A stretch of DNA of 64,000 bases, taken from the NCBI GenBank assembly GCA_963708075.1, contig OY970194.1:1152001-1216000 (forward strand). Reading direction: 5' to 3'. The translations under genes were made by a program, and so were the position numbers. Of the stretch, positions 1-10,782 are shown piece after piece; within the stretch, counting starts at the first letter, position 1; every line of letters begins with the position of its first letter. Below the pieces are notes generated by a model. That model was not told where the DNA came from. It searched no databases and worked only from the letters and a program-made list of their open reading frames with translations. Source of the stretch: Sedimentisphaerales bacterium (GTDB lineage Bacteria; Planctomycetota; Phycisphaerae; Sedimentisphaerales; Anaerobacaceae).

Positions 1-39
1 TCATGGTTCGTCTGGGGGCCGCTGGGGATCATCTTCTAC

Positions 40-627
40 GTGGGCGGGTTGTTCAATTCGCTTTGGCCATTCATGCTTATCCCGCTTCTAATCCTGCTGA
101 TTCCCTTGGCCGCGATCGGCCTGCCTGTACTGGCAATACGCACTGTAATTTGTTGGCGGAAGCTCTCAGATCGTGACAGGATGTTCTCGTCTTTCCTTAC
201 AATCGCACTGGCCGCTTTTGTGGCTTCGGCCGGCTTGACGTTTACCGCTATGGTACCCGGCCCCTATGACATGTTCCGCCGGGGCTTCACCCGGTATGTG
301 GAGAGCCGGACGGATGTCTCGGCGATCCAAGCCTGGCTGGGTATGCTGGACCCAAACGAGTATACGGATAAGTACGGGGCTAGGACGGAGAGACACTTCA
401 CCGGGTCCGAGCAGCCGCCGTGCGTCGCACGCCTGCACGCCGGGGGAGCCAGAGTCCAGCCGGATGACAAGGGCCGTCTGATGCTCCGAACAATTTGGGG
501 TGGAGGCCTGATCGGTCATTGGGGCATCGAGGTCGGCGACAAGAGCATGGAACCGCCGCCGGACTCCGAGGTGATCGGGTACCAGCCGCTTGCTCCGGGC
601 GCCTGGATCTGGTACGAGTTGGAGTGA
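40..627 (+). CDS. hypothetical membrane protein (may start upstream of the window)
   Basis: 195-aa ORF with two hydrophobic N-terminal segments and a soluble C-terminal part; no recognised motif. Confidence 0.6.
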   Translation: MGGLFNSLWPFMLIPLLILLIPLAAIGLPVLAIRTVICWRKLSDRDRMFSSFLTIALAAFVASAGLTFTAMVPGPYDMFRRGFTRYVESRTDVSAIQAWLGMLDPNEYTDKYGARTERHFTGSEQPPCVARLHAGGARVQPDDKGRLMLRTIWGGGLIGHWGIEVGDKSMEPPPDSEVIGYQPLAPGAWIWYELE

Positions 628-773
628 GGATGGCGCAGCGATACATGAACCTGACTCCAAAGCGCCGTGACCTCTTCCTCGCTACTGTGCGCGAGTAGAG
701 TCGAACGGTACAATCAGATGAAGCCGGCGTGAATCGCTGACGAGTGACTATTTTTAAGCAACCGTGGTGTCCG

Positions 774-1259
774 ATGACCAGGATCATACTGGTGATTCTT
801 GGTGCACTCCTGATACTCGCTGGAGTCGGTGCGTGCCTGCTGCAACATGTCATTAGCATTATCGACACGGGCTCGGTAGGGGTTCTAATTGCCCGCGGCG
901 ATTTCGATGTCGAGACACTCCATACTTTTCGCTTCACGCCGTGGCGCGAGCCAACAGCAGAGATTCAACCATTCCCATCCAGGCGCGAATCTCTTGAAAA
1001 GGGTCGGATCATTCGCTACCGGCAAGGCACGCGGATGGATCATCCTTTGTTTCGCCAGACATATTACGAGGCCGAGTACCTGATGCCTGATGGGAAGATG
1101 ATCATTGGCCCTGCCTTGGGCCCGGTGGCCTTCACGTCGCCCAACTACGCGGTCTCTATTCCCGTAATCCTCGGCGGGGCTATCATGCTCGTTCTCGCTA
1201 TGAGGCTCAGCCACAAGAAGTCAGAGCAAGCGGCCATTCAGGAATTCAGGCATGAATGA
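774..1259 (+). CDS. hypothetical membrane protein
   Basis: ATG at 774; N-terminal and C-terminal hydrophobic helices flank a soluble loop. Confidence 0.6.
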   Translation: MTRIILVILGALLILAGVGACLLQHVISIIDTGSVGVLIARGDFDVETLHTFRFTPWREPTAEIQPFPSRRESLEKGRIIRYRQGTRMDHPLFRQTYYEAEYLMPDGKMIIGPALGPVAFTSPNYAVSIPVILGGAIMLVLAMRLSHKKSEQAAIQEFRHE

Positions 1260-1441
1260 AGCCCGCCGGAGTAACGCTACCATAGTGGGGAGGATCCTAT
1301 GGCACAGCGTGTGCGTGACTCTGGTTCTCATGCAGGTTGGATGCCGGAGCGTGTATCGGCCTCAATGCACGGCATGGCGGCCGCGCAGTCTGGTGCGCAG
1401 GCAGAATCGAAGCCGGCGACTCTGAGATCAGGGAAACGATA

Positions 1442-2251
1442 ATGCTTGTGGTATCCATAGTAGCTCAATGCCTCTTCCTCTTTGCGGCCGTCATCGCCTC
1501 GGCAAGGCTCACCATCCGCAGCCGCAGTATTGCCGCGGGCGGACTGCGTTTGTATGGCTTTTTCATACTGTGGGCCATTCTGTTCTGCGTTGTTGTGCCG
1601 GCGGTCTTCACGGGTCTGATGGGCAGATCGGAGGTCATTGCTGTGTTCCCTGATGCTATCGGCGTGGTTCCTGTCATCTGCCTGTCCTGGATTCACGCAT
1701 TTGCTTTTGCCGGATTGGTGCGTCTGATTCATTGGGGCATGACCAGATGGGCCGGGGCCGGCAGGGTGCCGCGGTTTGAGGACTACAGCATTCAGACCGG
1801 CTACACGAACGTCGGTCACTTGCCGCATGCCTCGATTGAGGAGTTCTTCTCGCTGGCTGCAACGGGCGGCACTCCTGAAGAAGCCGTTGAGAATCTGAGG
1901 AAGCGGTTCGAAGAGAGAGTCAATCTGATGATGGAGAGTGGTGAGCGGATTCCTCGCCCCGGCAGTGGGAGAGCACGGCCGAGATTCGCGCCCAACGATC
2001 AAATAGAGGTCCTTCGGCCATTCGTGGACGAGTTCTGGTCGGAAATACTGGGCACATCCTATCTGACCTCGTTTGTCTCGAATGAAAGCCGATTGAGCTC
2101 TTGGGAACATTATGTGTCTGGTGGAAGACCCTCGCTGATTCAGAAGGTCAAGGAACGCTACGGCGTTGACATCACGGCATTCTACGATGACCCAATTCCG
2201 GATGTCCTGGGCCGAGTTCAAGAAGGTAGATCCCATGAGAAGAGACATTGA
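1442..2251 (+). CDS. membrane protein with HicB-like C-terminal region
   Basis: Three TM-like segments, then SIEEFFSLAATGGTPEEAVENLRKRFEERVNLMMESGERIPRP, resembling the HicB antitoxin N-terminal fold. Confidence 0.55.
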   Translation: MLVVSIVAQCLFLFAAVIASARLTIRSRSIAAGGLRLYGFFILWAILFCVVVPAVFTGLMGRSEVIAVFPDAIGVVPVICLSWIHAFAFAGLVRLIHWGMTRWAGAGRVPRFEDYSIQTGYTNVGHLPHASIEEFFSLAATGGTPEEAVENLRKRFEERVNLMMESGERIPRPGSGRARPRFAPNDQIEVLRPFVDEFWSEILGTSYLTSFVSNESRLSSWEHYVSGGRPSLIQKVKERYGVDITAFYDDPIPDVLGRVQEGRSHEKRH

Positions 2252-2747
2252 GAGTCTGGCACGCAGGATCAGGGTCCTGCTCACACTATTCACTGTTGGC
2301 TTGGTGGTTTCGGGGGTGACGGCGATTCCTCTGGCTCGCGAGATTGCGTTCCTTCAGAGGGTGGTGGGGGAGGGTTCGGCGGCACAGGTGTGGTGGCCTT
2401 CTCTATCGGCCTGGATTTCGCGCGTTCATCAGGGCATCGTGGAGACGGATCGGCAGTACCCGTTCATCCTCTACGGTACGGACTGGCTGGCCTTCGGGCA
2501 TATCGTCATCGCAATCGCGTTCCTCGGGCCGCTGCGCGACCCCATCAAGAACATCTGGGTGATCGAGTTCGGCATGATCGCCTGTATTCTTGTCATTCCC
2601 TGGGCTTTGATCTTCGGCCCGGTTCGCGGCATTCCCTTTTTCTGGCGGTTGATCGACTGCAGCTTCGGCGTCGTCGGCATCATCCCGCCATTCCTCGCCT
2701 GGCGATACACCCGCCGGATCATCGGGTGTTCCTCGATTCAGGGCTGA
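2235..2747 (+). CDS. conserved hypothetical integral membrane protein
   Basis: Overlaps the end of the upstream gene; hydrophobic, with YGTDWLAFGH, GPLRDPIKNIWVIEFGMIAC and WRLIDCSFG blocks that look family-conserved. Confidence 0.7.
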   Translation: MRRDIESLARRIRVLLTLFTVGLVVSGVTAIPLAREIAFLQRVVGEGSAAQVWWPSLSAWISRVHQGIVETDRQYPFILYGTDWLAFGHIVIAIAFLGPLRDPIKNIWVIEFGMIACILVIPWALIFGPVRGIPFFWRLIDCSFGVVGIIPPFLAWRYTRRIIGCSSIQG

Positions 2748-3049
2748 GTCATCGGATGATGCAAAATGCAGGGGTAGGCGCACGCACCCGTCTGTAAGGG
2801 CTCCGTAAGGTTTCGGTAAGCGACAACCGCGGCACCCTGGTGTGGAGCCGCGATGAGATGTAGCGAAGGCACTGTCGAAACGGCGCCGGGCGGAATCGCG
2901 TCGCCCGGCGCCGGACAGTGCGCAAGGTGGATTCGGATCGATCATCACAACGTGAACATCTGCGTAGCCTTCGGTGAGAGGCGTATCAGAAAGTAATCCA
3001 AAGCACCAAATTCGGATTTCGAGCTTTCTTCCTGGGGAGGTTCAATTCC

Positions 3050-3379
3050 ATGGCAGCGCTGGCCGAAAAACACTGCATCCCGTGCGAGAAGGGGTCCGAG
3101 CCGCTCAAGGGCGAAGAGATCGAAAGGCAGATGGAGCAACTGGACTCCGATTGGCACGCCGTGGACGAGCATCACCTTGAACGGCAGTTCACCTTCGACG
3201 ACTTCCGCCAGGCACTGGACTTCGTGAACAGGGTTGGCGAAATGGCAGAAGAGGAGGGGCACCATCCGGACATCTGCTTTGGCTACGGCAAGGCGAAGAT
3301 CGATCTGTGGACGCACAAGATCAACGGCCTGCACGAGAACGACTTCATCCTGGCCGCCAAGATCGACCATCTCTTGTGA
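3050..3379 (+). CDS. phhB: pterin-4-alpha-carbinolamine dehydratase
   Basis: GGAGG RBS; CxPC N-terminus, AEEEGHHPDI and WTHKINGLHENDFILAAKID motifs. Confidence 0.92.
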   Translation: MAALAEKHCIPCEKGSEPLKGEEIERQMEQLDSDWHAVDEHHLERQFTFDDFRQALDFVNRVGEMAEEEGHHPDICFGYGKAKIDLWTHKINGLHENDFILAAKIDHLL

Positions 3380-3722
3380 TTTACGATTTTGGCGTTGGGG
3401 GCAGGCTACAGGCTGCACTGAGAGGTACAAGACAGGTCGATTTTGATATCGCGGCGGGCTCTCGGGTCCATCGTGTCGCTATCGCATCTGCCGAGCGGCC
3501 GCGAGAAGGGTTTTTTTTACATTTTTTTGAGAATTCCATCCACATCGGCCGTCCGCCAACCGCCTCAAATATAGTAACAGGGTGGAAGTATGACTACGCA
3601 CGAACGTGCAATGGATGGCGTAGCCAGACGCGTTCGGCCGGGAGCAACACGGAATGGACAGGCCCCCGGCCTGCGCGTCGGTGTAAGTCCTTGATTTGCA
3701 GTCACTTACGCGGTGCAAAAGC

Positions 3723-3755
3723 AAAAGGGCCGGCTCCGGTGGTGGGTGCCGGCCC
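3723..3755 (-). terminator. putative intrinsic terminator of the PD40/LamG gene
   Basis: GGGCCGGC...GCCGGCCC stem followed on the minus strand by a T run, just after the stop at 3785. Confidence 0.5.
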
Positions 3756-3784
3756 CTCGCCGTTGCGCACACGCGCAACAGGGC

Positions 3785-5458
3785 CTACGGTTTCACGATT
3801 CGGTTGTAGATGCGGACGTCGTCGATCAGGCCGGACCAGAAGCTGCCCGCCGTCAGGTCCTTGCCCGTGCCAATGTGCAGGCCGCCATATGCGCTGGTGA
3901 CTTGGTTCTGCGTGTCCTGAGCAACCAGGACGCCATCGACGTACAGGGTCCTGCCGGCACCGTCAAGGACCAGCCCGACACGATGCCATTTACCGTCGGT
4001 GATGACCGCCTTGGAGACGATGTTGCGACCGAATCGGCTATCGCTTCTCAGCTCGCTCGCCAGAGCGCCTGTCGCGGCATCCACAATGAGCCAATTGGCG
4101 CCCATCTTCTGCGAGATGATCGCTTGGCCGGGAGCGCCGCCCTTGACCCAGGCGAAAATGCTGATGGGTTCCCGGGATGGGTCGCACACGTACCGGGTGG
4201 TTATGTGGTCGTCCACACCATCCAGTTGGATCGCTCCGCCGACCGCTCCTTCCTCCGGCTGCCAGACCGGGCCGCCGACCAGCATGCCATCGCACGCCTG
4301 CGTACACTCCGAGGCGACGATGCCCTCGGCCTCATCGAACTTCCAGCAGACCGTGAGGGTGGGGTCGTGAAACTCTTGCGCTGCGCACTGCGTCAGGACG
4401 GCCAGATCCTTCATATCGACGATGCCGTCGCCGAAGGGGGTCGGGCCGATATCGCACAGCGGATCATCCTTGCCCAGACTCTCCGTCATGATTCGCACCT
4501 CGGCCTCATCCACCTTCCCGTCGCCGTTTAAGTCCACGATGGGGCTGATGGAGGCCTCCCACAGATCCGTGTAGCCCCTGCCGCCGGGACGGTCGGAGCT
4601 GAAGTAGAGCGTGCGGCCGTCAGGCGACAGCGCGGGGTTGCCATCCCAGGAACCGCTGTTGACGGATGCACCGAGGTTCACCGGATGCCTCCATTTGTCG
4701 TTTGCCGTCTTCCGCACGCTGACCCAGATGTCCCACTGGCCCAAGCCGCCCGCACGATTGGAGCCGAAGAGCAGCACGAGGCCGTCTGTGGAGACGCTCG
4801 GTGCGCCATCGACGGCGGTGCTATTGACGGCCGACACATTGATCGGCGAGCCCCAGGGGCTCTCCGCGTCCGCGCGCGTCGCCATCCAGATATCGCACTG
4901 GCCGCGTCCGCCCGGCCTGACGGCGCTGCCCCATTCCGCGTCACAAAGGAACAGGGTCTTTCCATCGGCGCTGATCCACGGACTGACGTCATCGAACTGC
5001 GTATTGATGCCCGAGTCCAGCATTACCGGCGGTCCCCACGGTTCCTCCCGGCCGGCTCGCGTGGTCATATAGACGTCGTGGCCGCCGATGCCATCCTCTT
5101 CGCGAATACAACTGAAGTACATGGTCAGGCCGTCGGCCGAGAGGCTCGGTCCAAGCTCCTGGGCGGCGCTGTTGATCGTCGAGCCAAGGTTCTGCGGCTT
5201 CGACCACGGGGCATCGATGCTCGGGCGGCGCAGGACCCAGAGGTCCTGCACGCCGTACGTGCCGGTCCGGCAGGAGGAGTAGTAAAGCTCCAGCCCGTCC
5301 GGCGAGAGAGACGGATCATACTCGCACAATTCGCAGTTGACCGTCGGCCCGAGGTTCTTCGGCTCGCTGAACACAAAGTCCCCGCGTACCTGTCCCGTCC
5401 ACACTGCCGTGAGCATCACGGCCATCGTTGCTGCAATCGTCCTTCTTTGGGTCCTCAT
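3785..5458 (-). CDS. secreted protein with PD40 (TolB-like) repeats, dockerin/EF-hand-like linker and C-terminal LamG-like domain
   Basis: Signal peptide; repeated NLGxxVN...PSLSxDGLxLYFxS units; DLNGDGKVD; DGKWHRVGLV...LYVDG...WSGLIDDVRIYN. Confidence 0.88.
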   Translation of the reverse strand: MRTQRRTIAATMAVMLTAVWTGQVRGDFVFSEPKNLGPTVNCELCEYDPSLSPDGLELYYSSCRTGTYGVQDLWVLRRPSIDAPWSKPQNLGSTINSAAQELGPSLSADGLTMYFSCIREEDGIGGHDVYMTTRAGREEPWGPPVMLDSGINTQFDDVSPWISADGKTLFLCDAEWGSAVRPGGRGQCDIWMATRADAESPWGSPINVSAVNSTAVDGAPSVSTDGLVLLFGSNRAGGLGQWDIWVSVRKTANDKWRHPVNLGASVNSGSWDGNPALSPDGRTLYFSSDRPGGRGYTDLWEASISPIVDLNGDGKVDEAEVRIMTESLGKDDPLCDIGPTPFGDGIVDMKDLAVLTQCAAQEFHDPTLTVCWKFDEAEGIVASECTQACDGMLVGGPVWQPEEGAVGGAIQLDGVDDHITTRYVCDPSREPISIFAWVKGGAPGQAIISQKMGANWLIVDAATGALASELRSDSRFGRNIVSKAVITDGKWHRVGLVLDGAGRTLYVDGVLVAQDTQNQVTSAYGGLHIGTGKDLTAGSFWSGLIDDVRIYNRIVKP

Positions 5459-5654
5459 GGTTGCCGTCCTTTATGGTTTGCGGTAGCATTCTCGCCAGAT
5501 CCTCGCTCTCCGCGCGAAACCGGGCGCGGGAGCAGATCCGGGCTGGTGAAACGGTCGCCGAAATCGAATGATTCGCCAGCCCTTACTGTTTCAACACGAG
5601 ATCACGTCACATGCTTCGATTTGCCTGAGTTTCCGGTCTGCGTGCCGGTATCGG

Positions 5655-8600
5655 TTAATCCAGGTCGATAATCCATATTTCGTGGTGCCATTGGGCGTAC
5701 GGCCTCTCGACGGCCATGCGGGTCCCATTTTGCTGCGGCCAGGAGCACCATCCGAAGAAACCGTCCATCACCTTCGATGCCTCCTTTTTGTCGATGTCGT
5801 AAATCCATAGTCCGGCGCCCCAGTAGCCTCCGACCGTCAGTTGCCGTCCATCGGCGGACCAACTGAGAAACATGTGCTGTTTCACCGGCGGGCCGGCCCA
5901 GATCGTCACGGATCCCGTCGGCAGGTCCTTAATGCCTATCGTCATGTCGTCCTGCATGAAGGCGACGTGCTGCTCGTCGGGGGACACCACGGGGAACGCG
6001 TACTTGCAGGAGAGGATCTCTTGCAGATCGCTGTTGGCCGGGTCGATGGCGACGGAGTACATCTTCATATCGATGCGCGAATGATAGTAGAGCCGATTCG
6101 AGCTGCGTCCCCAGTTCGGCCAGCCGCCATTGGCGAGCAGTCGCGGGGCCTCCGTGCCGTCGGCCTTGATGATCCAGATTTCCTCCTGCTCCATCGGGGG
6201 ATGCTCGCCCTGGTTCTTCGTGGCCAGGTCCTGCAAGGACAGGACCTGGCGATCTCGCACGTAGGCGATGTACTTGCCGTCGGGCGACCAGGTGGGGTCC
6301 TTGCCGGGGATGGTCAGCAGCCGGGTCGTGCCTGTCTTGAGATGGAGGATTTCGATGCCGCTGGCGCCGAGCACGCCGCGGCTGTAGGCCAGCTCCGTTT
6401 CGTCGGGCGACCAGCTCGGATGAAAGCCCTCGGGTACCGCGCGAGTGCCTTTGGCGGCAAGCTGGCCGTACTCTGTGGCGGCCTGGTGCATCGCGACGAA
6501 CGCCGTGCCTTGCGGACTGCGGCCCTCCGGATGCCACGATCTCCCGGCCGAGAGGCTGTCGAAGACGTACCGGGCCGCCAGGCGGTCAATCGCCGCCTCC
6601 TTCATCCCCTGCGAGCTAAGGATCTCCTCGTATTTGGCCTGCGCCTTGTCATACTCGCCCATCGAGGTCAGGATGCAGAACAGGCGGAACTGGTGAGTCA
6701 CATCATCCGGCTGGAGTTGCAGGCATGCCTTCGTGTCGCTCAGAGCCTGCTCATAGGAACCCAGGCACAGGAACGTCTCGCATCGCTGGCGGTACAGCTC
6801 GGCCAGCCGCGAATCGCGTGGACCCATGAGCCCGGCGGCCTGGTCCTGATCCGCAATCGCCTCGCGAAGCAGCGAGCTGTCGTCCTGTTTCATCGCCATC
6901 GCCCGCCGCGCGATGCCCCGGAGCGCGTAGCCCGTAGGGTTCTTTGCCTGGCTGCCGATCATGATGCTCGCCTCGGTCTCCGTGTTGCGGTATTCACCCA
7001 TCGCGTAGTAGGCGGATGCACGAGCCTTGCGCGTCCCATAGTGAGCCGGGTCCAGGGACACGGCCTTGTTCAGCCAGTCGAGTGTCTCTCGCACGGTCGG
7101 GGCGGTCATGGCGCGCAGCAGGTAGGCGTCGGCCGTCCTGGGCATCAGCCGTTCGCCTTGCTGCAGGTGAATCTCGGCCTTGCTCTTCATGCGTGCGTCG
7201 TTCGGATTGGATTCGAGGTAGATTGCGGCGAGCAGGAAATGGGCATTGGCCGCGATCTCGGGACGCTCCTTGAGCAGACCCTGCAGTTGCTCGACGCCGG
7301 CGTCCGGGCCCTGGAGTTCCAGCAGCACACGGGCGTTGAGCAGGCGGGCTCGCGGCCCCACGGAGCGGCTGGACAGGATCGGCTTGAGCTCCGACACGGC
7401 CTGCTGGTATTCGCCCGCGGATAGCCGGTCCTCGACGAGTCCGAGGGCCCGCTCGTGATTCGTCCGTGTGCGCTGAATCGAGAAGCGGGCGTAGGCGATG
7501 CTCGTGACGAGCAGGGCCAGCACGATGACGGCGACGGCCGAGCCCGTGATCAACTGGGTCCGCTGCCTTCGCACGAATTTCTGAATGCGGTAGAGGGTGC
7601 TGGGGGAGCCGGCGAGGATCGGCTCGTGGCGCAGGTGCCGCTCGATGTCCTGGGCCAGGCCGTGCGCCGTCTCGTACCGGTGTGTCCGGTCCTTCTCCAG
7701 GGCCTTCATCACGATCCAGTCGAGGTCCCCCTTGATCAGCTTGCGGAGGAGTTCCGGGCTGGTGTGACGGCACTGGGCGACGTCGCCGGCCGTCTGGCCG
7801 AGCGTGCGGATCTTCGTCGATGGCTTGAGCGGGTCGGTCTCGCGGATGATCCGCTGCATCTCGGCATAGCCGCCGCTGCGGAGCGTCTCGCCGGCGAACG
7901 GTGTGCTACCCGTCAGCAACTCGTAGAGCAGCACGCCGAGGGAGTAGATATCCGTCCGTGTATCGACGTCGAGGCCGCTCATTTCCGCCTGCTCGGGACT
8001 CATGTATTCCGGCGTCCCGATCATCTGGGCGTAGCGGGTGAAGAGGGTTTGCTCGGTCAGCCGCTGGTTCGTCGCCTTGGCGATGCCGAAGTCGATGACC
8101 TTGGGCACGGGCTTGCCGTCGTGGAGCGTCACCATGACGTTGGACGGCTTGATGTCCCGATGGATGATGCCTTTCTGGTGGGCGTGCTGGACGGCGCTGC
8201 AGACCTGGTTAAACAGCTCCAGCCGGTCCCGTGTGTTGAGCCGGTTCTTGTCGCAGTACTCGGTGATGGACACGCCGCGGACCAGTTCCATGACGAAGTA
8301 GGGTCGCCCTGTCTCGGTGGCGCCGCCGTCGAAGACCTGGGCGATATTCGGGTGATCCATCAGGGCCAGGGCCTGGCGCTCCGCCTCGAAGCGGGCGATC
8401 ACCTGTTTCGTGTCCATGCCGAGCTTGATGACCTTCAGGGCGACCCTTCGCCGGACAGGGCGCTGCTGTTCGGCCATATACACGACGGCCATGCCGCCTT
8501 CGCCGATCTTTTCCAGCAGCTTGTAGCGGTCGATGGTCGTGCCGGGACCTTCGATCGCCATGGGCACTTCGAGCGTCAGTTGCAGCGAGTTCGCCGCCTG

Positions 8601-8771
8601 CTCCAGGAAGCTCTGCTCGCTGCGGTGCACCTTCAGAAGGGCCTCGAGACGATGAAGGAGGGTAAGGTCGTCACCGCAAGCCTTCTGAAGGTACGCCGCA
8701 CGCTCCTGTTCGCTGTCGAACCCGAGCGCCGCATCGAATATTGCCTCTTCGTTTCTGAACTCACTGACCAT
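5655..8771 (-). CDS. transmembrane Hanks-type Ser/Thr protein kinase with TPR and PD40 repeats
   Basis: IGEGGMAVVY, VALKVIK, HRDIKPSN, DFGIAK and GTPEYMSPEQ motifs; one TM helix; TPR-like helices; PxWSPDG repeats. Confidence 0.95.
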   Translation of the reverse strand: MVSEFRNEEAIFDAALGFDSEQERAAYLQKACGDDLTLLHRLEALLKVHRSEQSFLEQAANSLQLTLEVPMAIEGPGTTIDRYKLLEKIGEGGMAVVYMAEQQRPVRRRVALKVIKLGMDTKQVIARFEAERQALALMDHPNIAQVFDGGATETGRPYFVMELVRGVSITEYCDKNRLNTRDRLELFNQVCSAVQHAHQKGIIHRDIKPSNVMVTLHDGKPVPKVIDFGIAKATNQRLTEQTLFTRYAQMIGTPEYMSPEQAEMSGLDVDTRTDIYSLGVLLYELLTGSTPFAGETLRSGGYAEMQRIIRETDPLKPSTKIRTLGQTAGDVAQCRHTSPELLRKLIKGDLDWIVMKALEKDRTHRYETAHGLAQDIERHLRHEPILAGSPSTLYRIQKFVRRQRTQLITGSAVAVIVLALLVTSIAYARFSIQRTRTNHERALGLVEDRLSAGEYQQAVSELKPILSSRSVGPRARLLNARVLLELQGPDAGVEQLQGLLKERPEIAANAHFLLAAIYLESNPNDARMKSKAEIHLQQGERLMPRTADAYLLRAMTAPTVRETLDWLNKAVSLDPAHYGTRKARASAYYAMGEYRNTETEASIMIGSQAKNPTGYALRGIARRAMAMKQDDSSLLREAIADQDQAAGLMGPRDSRLAELYRQRCETFLCLGSYEQALSDTKACLQLQPDDVTHQFRLFCILTSMGEYDKAQAKYEEILSSQGMKEAAIDRLAARYVFDSLSAGRSWHPEGRSPQGTAFVAMHQAATEYGQLAAKGTRAVPEGFHPSWSPDETELAYSRGVLGASGIEILHLKTGTTRLLTIPGKDPTWSPDGKYIAYVRDRQVLSLQDLATKNQGEHPPMEQEEIWIIKADGTEAPRLLANGGWPNWGRSSNRLYYHSRIDMKMYSVAIDPANSDLQEILSCKYAFPVVSPDEQHVAFMQDDMTIGIKDLPTGSVTIWAGPPVKQHMFLSWSADGRQLTVGGYWGAGLWIYDIDKKEASKVMDGFFGWCSWPQQNGTRMAVERPYAQWHHEIWIIDLD

Positions 8772-8879
8772 AAGCCCTATCCTTTTTCTCCCCGACTACA
8801 GTGCGTCGTTCACCGGGCCGTTACCCCACCAAAATCAAAAAAACCACAGGGGGTTCCATCACGATGCGGGTACGACCTG

Positions 8880-9425
8880 TCATTGTCCCTGGCCGCCGGT
8901 CCGGATGCGGTGCCACAGACCGGCCAGGCCGCGGGCCTGCAGGAACAGAATGAAAGCGAGAACAAGCTGAATGACCGCCGGAATGCCGTATCGCCAGAAG
9001 TCCTGACGCATCCGCCCTGACGTCGGCTCAGAGACGTGCTGCGAGATGGCATAGTAGCCGGTCCAGACGGCCTGGGCGATCTGCGGAATAGCGTGAAGGA
9101 AGATCAGGACCGCCACGACGGCGAATCCGATGGCCTGTACGTCGCGACCGGTCAGGACGCTCGACATGCCGAGGGGCTTGTCCTCACCCACAAGCCGCGG
9201 CGCGAGATTCTGGCTGAACACGAGAAGTATCGCGCCGGCCGCTGCCGTCAGCAGCAGTGGAATCAGCATGATCACATACACCCAGGCCTCCGTGGCGGCC
9301 TGCGGACGATCGGATCGCAACGCATACACGAGGCCGCCGAGAGACTGGAAGAGCGGAAGGGCCTCGATGAATGCGTAGATCCCCAGCAACTTCAGGGCAA
9401 ACGATGCCAACTCATGTCTCGTCAT
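8880..9425 (-). CDS. hypothetical 4-TM membrane protein
   Basis: GGAGG RBS; four hydrophobic segments in two similar halves. Confidence 0.75.
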   Translation of the reverse strand: MTRHELASFALKLLGIYAFIEALPLFQSLGGLVYALRSDRPQAATEAWVYVIMLIPLLLTAAAGAILLVFSQNLAPRLVGEDKPLGMSSVLTGRDVQAIGFAVVAVLIFLHAIPQIAQAVWTGYYAISQHVSEPTSGRMRQDFWRYGIPAVIQLVLAFILFLQARGLAGLWHRIRTGGQGQ

Positions 9426-9473
9426 GATTCACCTCCCGAACACTATCTGCTCGTCGCTATTGTTGTGCACCGG

Positions 9474-10058
9474 CTACGAGCCGGTGGCCTTCGTAATTTC
9501 CAGGTGCAGCCAGGAGCGGGCATAGGCCCAATAGCGGTCGGCGGTGTTGTGTGAGATGCCCAGGACCGTGGCGGCCTGCTCGCCTGTCAGGCCGGCGAAG
9601 AAGCGGAGCTTCACCAGGTCGGCCTTGACCTTGTCTTTTTGGGCCAGCCTCTCCAGGGCTTCATCCAGGGCGATCAGGTCGTCGCAGGAGCCGCTCAGGG
9701 TCAGTCCCGTCTCGTCCGGCAGGCAGGCGATATCCTCCGCATCCGCCCGCTGGAGATTGCCGCCGCGTTTGAGCCGCTGCTTGCGCCGGGCGTTGTCGAT
9801 GAGGATTCGGCGCATCGCCTCGGCCGCGGCGGCGAAGAAGTGCCCCCGACTGTTCCAGGTCTGGCCCTCATCGCCGACCAGCCGGAGGTACGCCTCATGC
9901 ACCAGCGCCGTCGCTTGCAGGGTCTGTCCGGGGGTCTCCTTGGCGAGCCTCTGGGCGGCCAAGAGACGCAACTCCTCATAAACCAGCGGCAACAGCTCGT
10001 CCGTCGCCTTCACGTCTCCCCGTTCAATCGCAGTCAGAATCCGTGTTACATCACTCAT
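9474..10058 (-). CDS. ECF sigma-70 factor, planctomycete TIGR02999-type
   Basis: [53 protein letters not shown] and WAYARSWL motifs. Confidence 0.93.
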   Translation of the reverse strand: MSDVTRILTAIERGDVKATDELLPLVYEELRLLAAQRLAKETPGQTLQATALVHEAYLRLVGDEGQTWNSRGHFFAAAAEAMRRILIDNARRKQRLKRGGNLQRADAEDIACLPDETGLTLSGSCDDLIALDEALERLAQKDKVKADLVKLRFFAGLTGEQAATVLGISHNTADRYWAYARSWLHLEITKATGS

Positions 10059-10278
10059 AGTAATGCCCAATCCGGCTCATCCATCCGACAACCGGTGTAT
10101 TCTCCTATGCAGACTGTGGTATTTCAACTACCCATGTGAAATTCGGCATGGACCAACGGCTCGGATCAGGTATAATAATGAGGCGTGCAGGGGGCAGGCT
10201 GTTGCGGCCGCCCCGGCATGCGGCAACCAAGGTAATTGGATACAGGCGTTGTGTAGAAATAGTCATGCATCCGTTCTC

Positions 10279-10671
10279 ATGCTGCTGTCGCTGGTAGGGG
10301 CGTTGAATGCCTCGCAGGCGATGGTCCTGTGCATCGGCCGCGACGGCCATGTGGCCATTGAGCCGGTGGGGCACAACCACTGCGCCGATGGCACGCACAA
10401 GTGTGAATCCGATGCGGCGGTGCATGATACGGTTCTGGTCCCGGATATGGGCGGCACGCACTGCGGGGGGTGCACGGACATTTCGGTGGCCCAGACCATC
10501 GGCAGCGACCCTGGGGCCTCTGCCGCGTCAAAGATAGTCTCCGCCGGCCTGTTCGCCGTCCTGGCGGCGCCGCAGACTCTGCCAGATGATGCTGCGTGCA
10601 TCGATTCACTGGCATCCGCACACCTGATCTTCGATCCCGTCCCCTTGCGCAGCATCGTGCTGCAGGTGTGA
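10279..10671 (+). CDS. small Cys/His-rich exported protein upstream of the efflux operon (start uncertain)
   Basis: VLCIGRDGHVAIE, HNHC..HKC and HCGGCTDI motifs; ends LRSIVLQV; sits directly before czcC. Confidence 0.65.
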   Translation: MLLSLVGALNASQAMVLCIGRDGHVAIEPVGHNHCADGTHKCESDAAVHDTVLVPDMGGTHCGGCTDISVAQTIGSDPGASAASKIVSAGLFAVLAAPQTLPDDAACIDSLASAHLIFDPVPLRSIVLQV

Positions 10672-10782
10672 TCTCCCACAACGATTGATTCGGCCCGGAT
10701 GGCGCGGCGACTCCGCGCGCGGGGCGGGCAATGCGCTCGCCGGCCCGGGGCAGATATGCCGTTCTCTGTGGGAGTATTGTCT

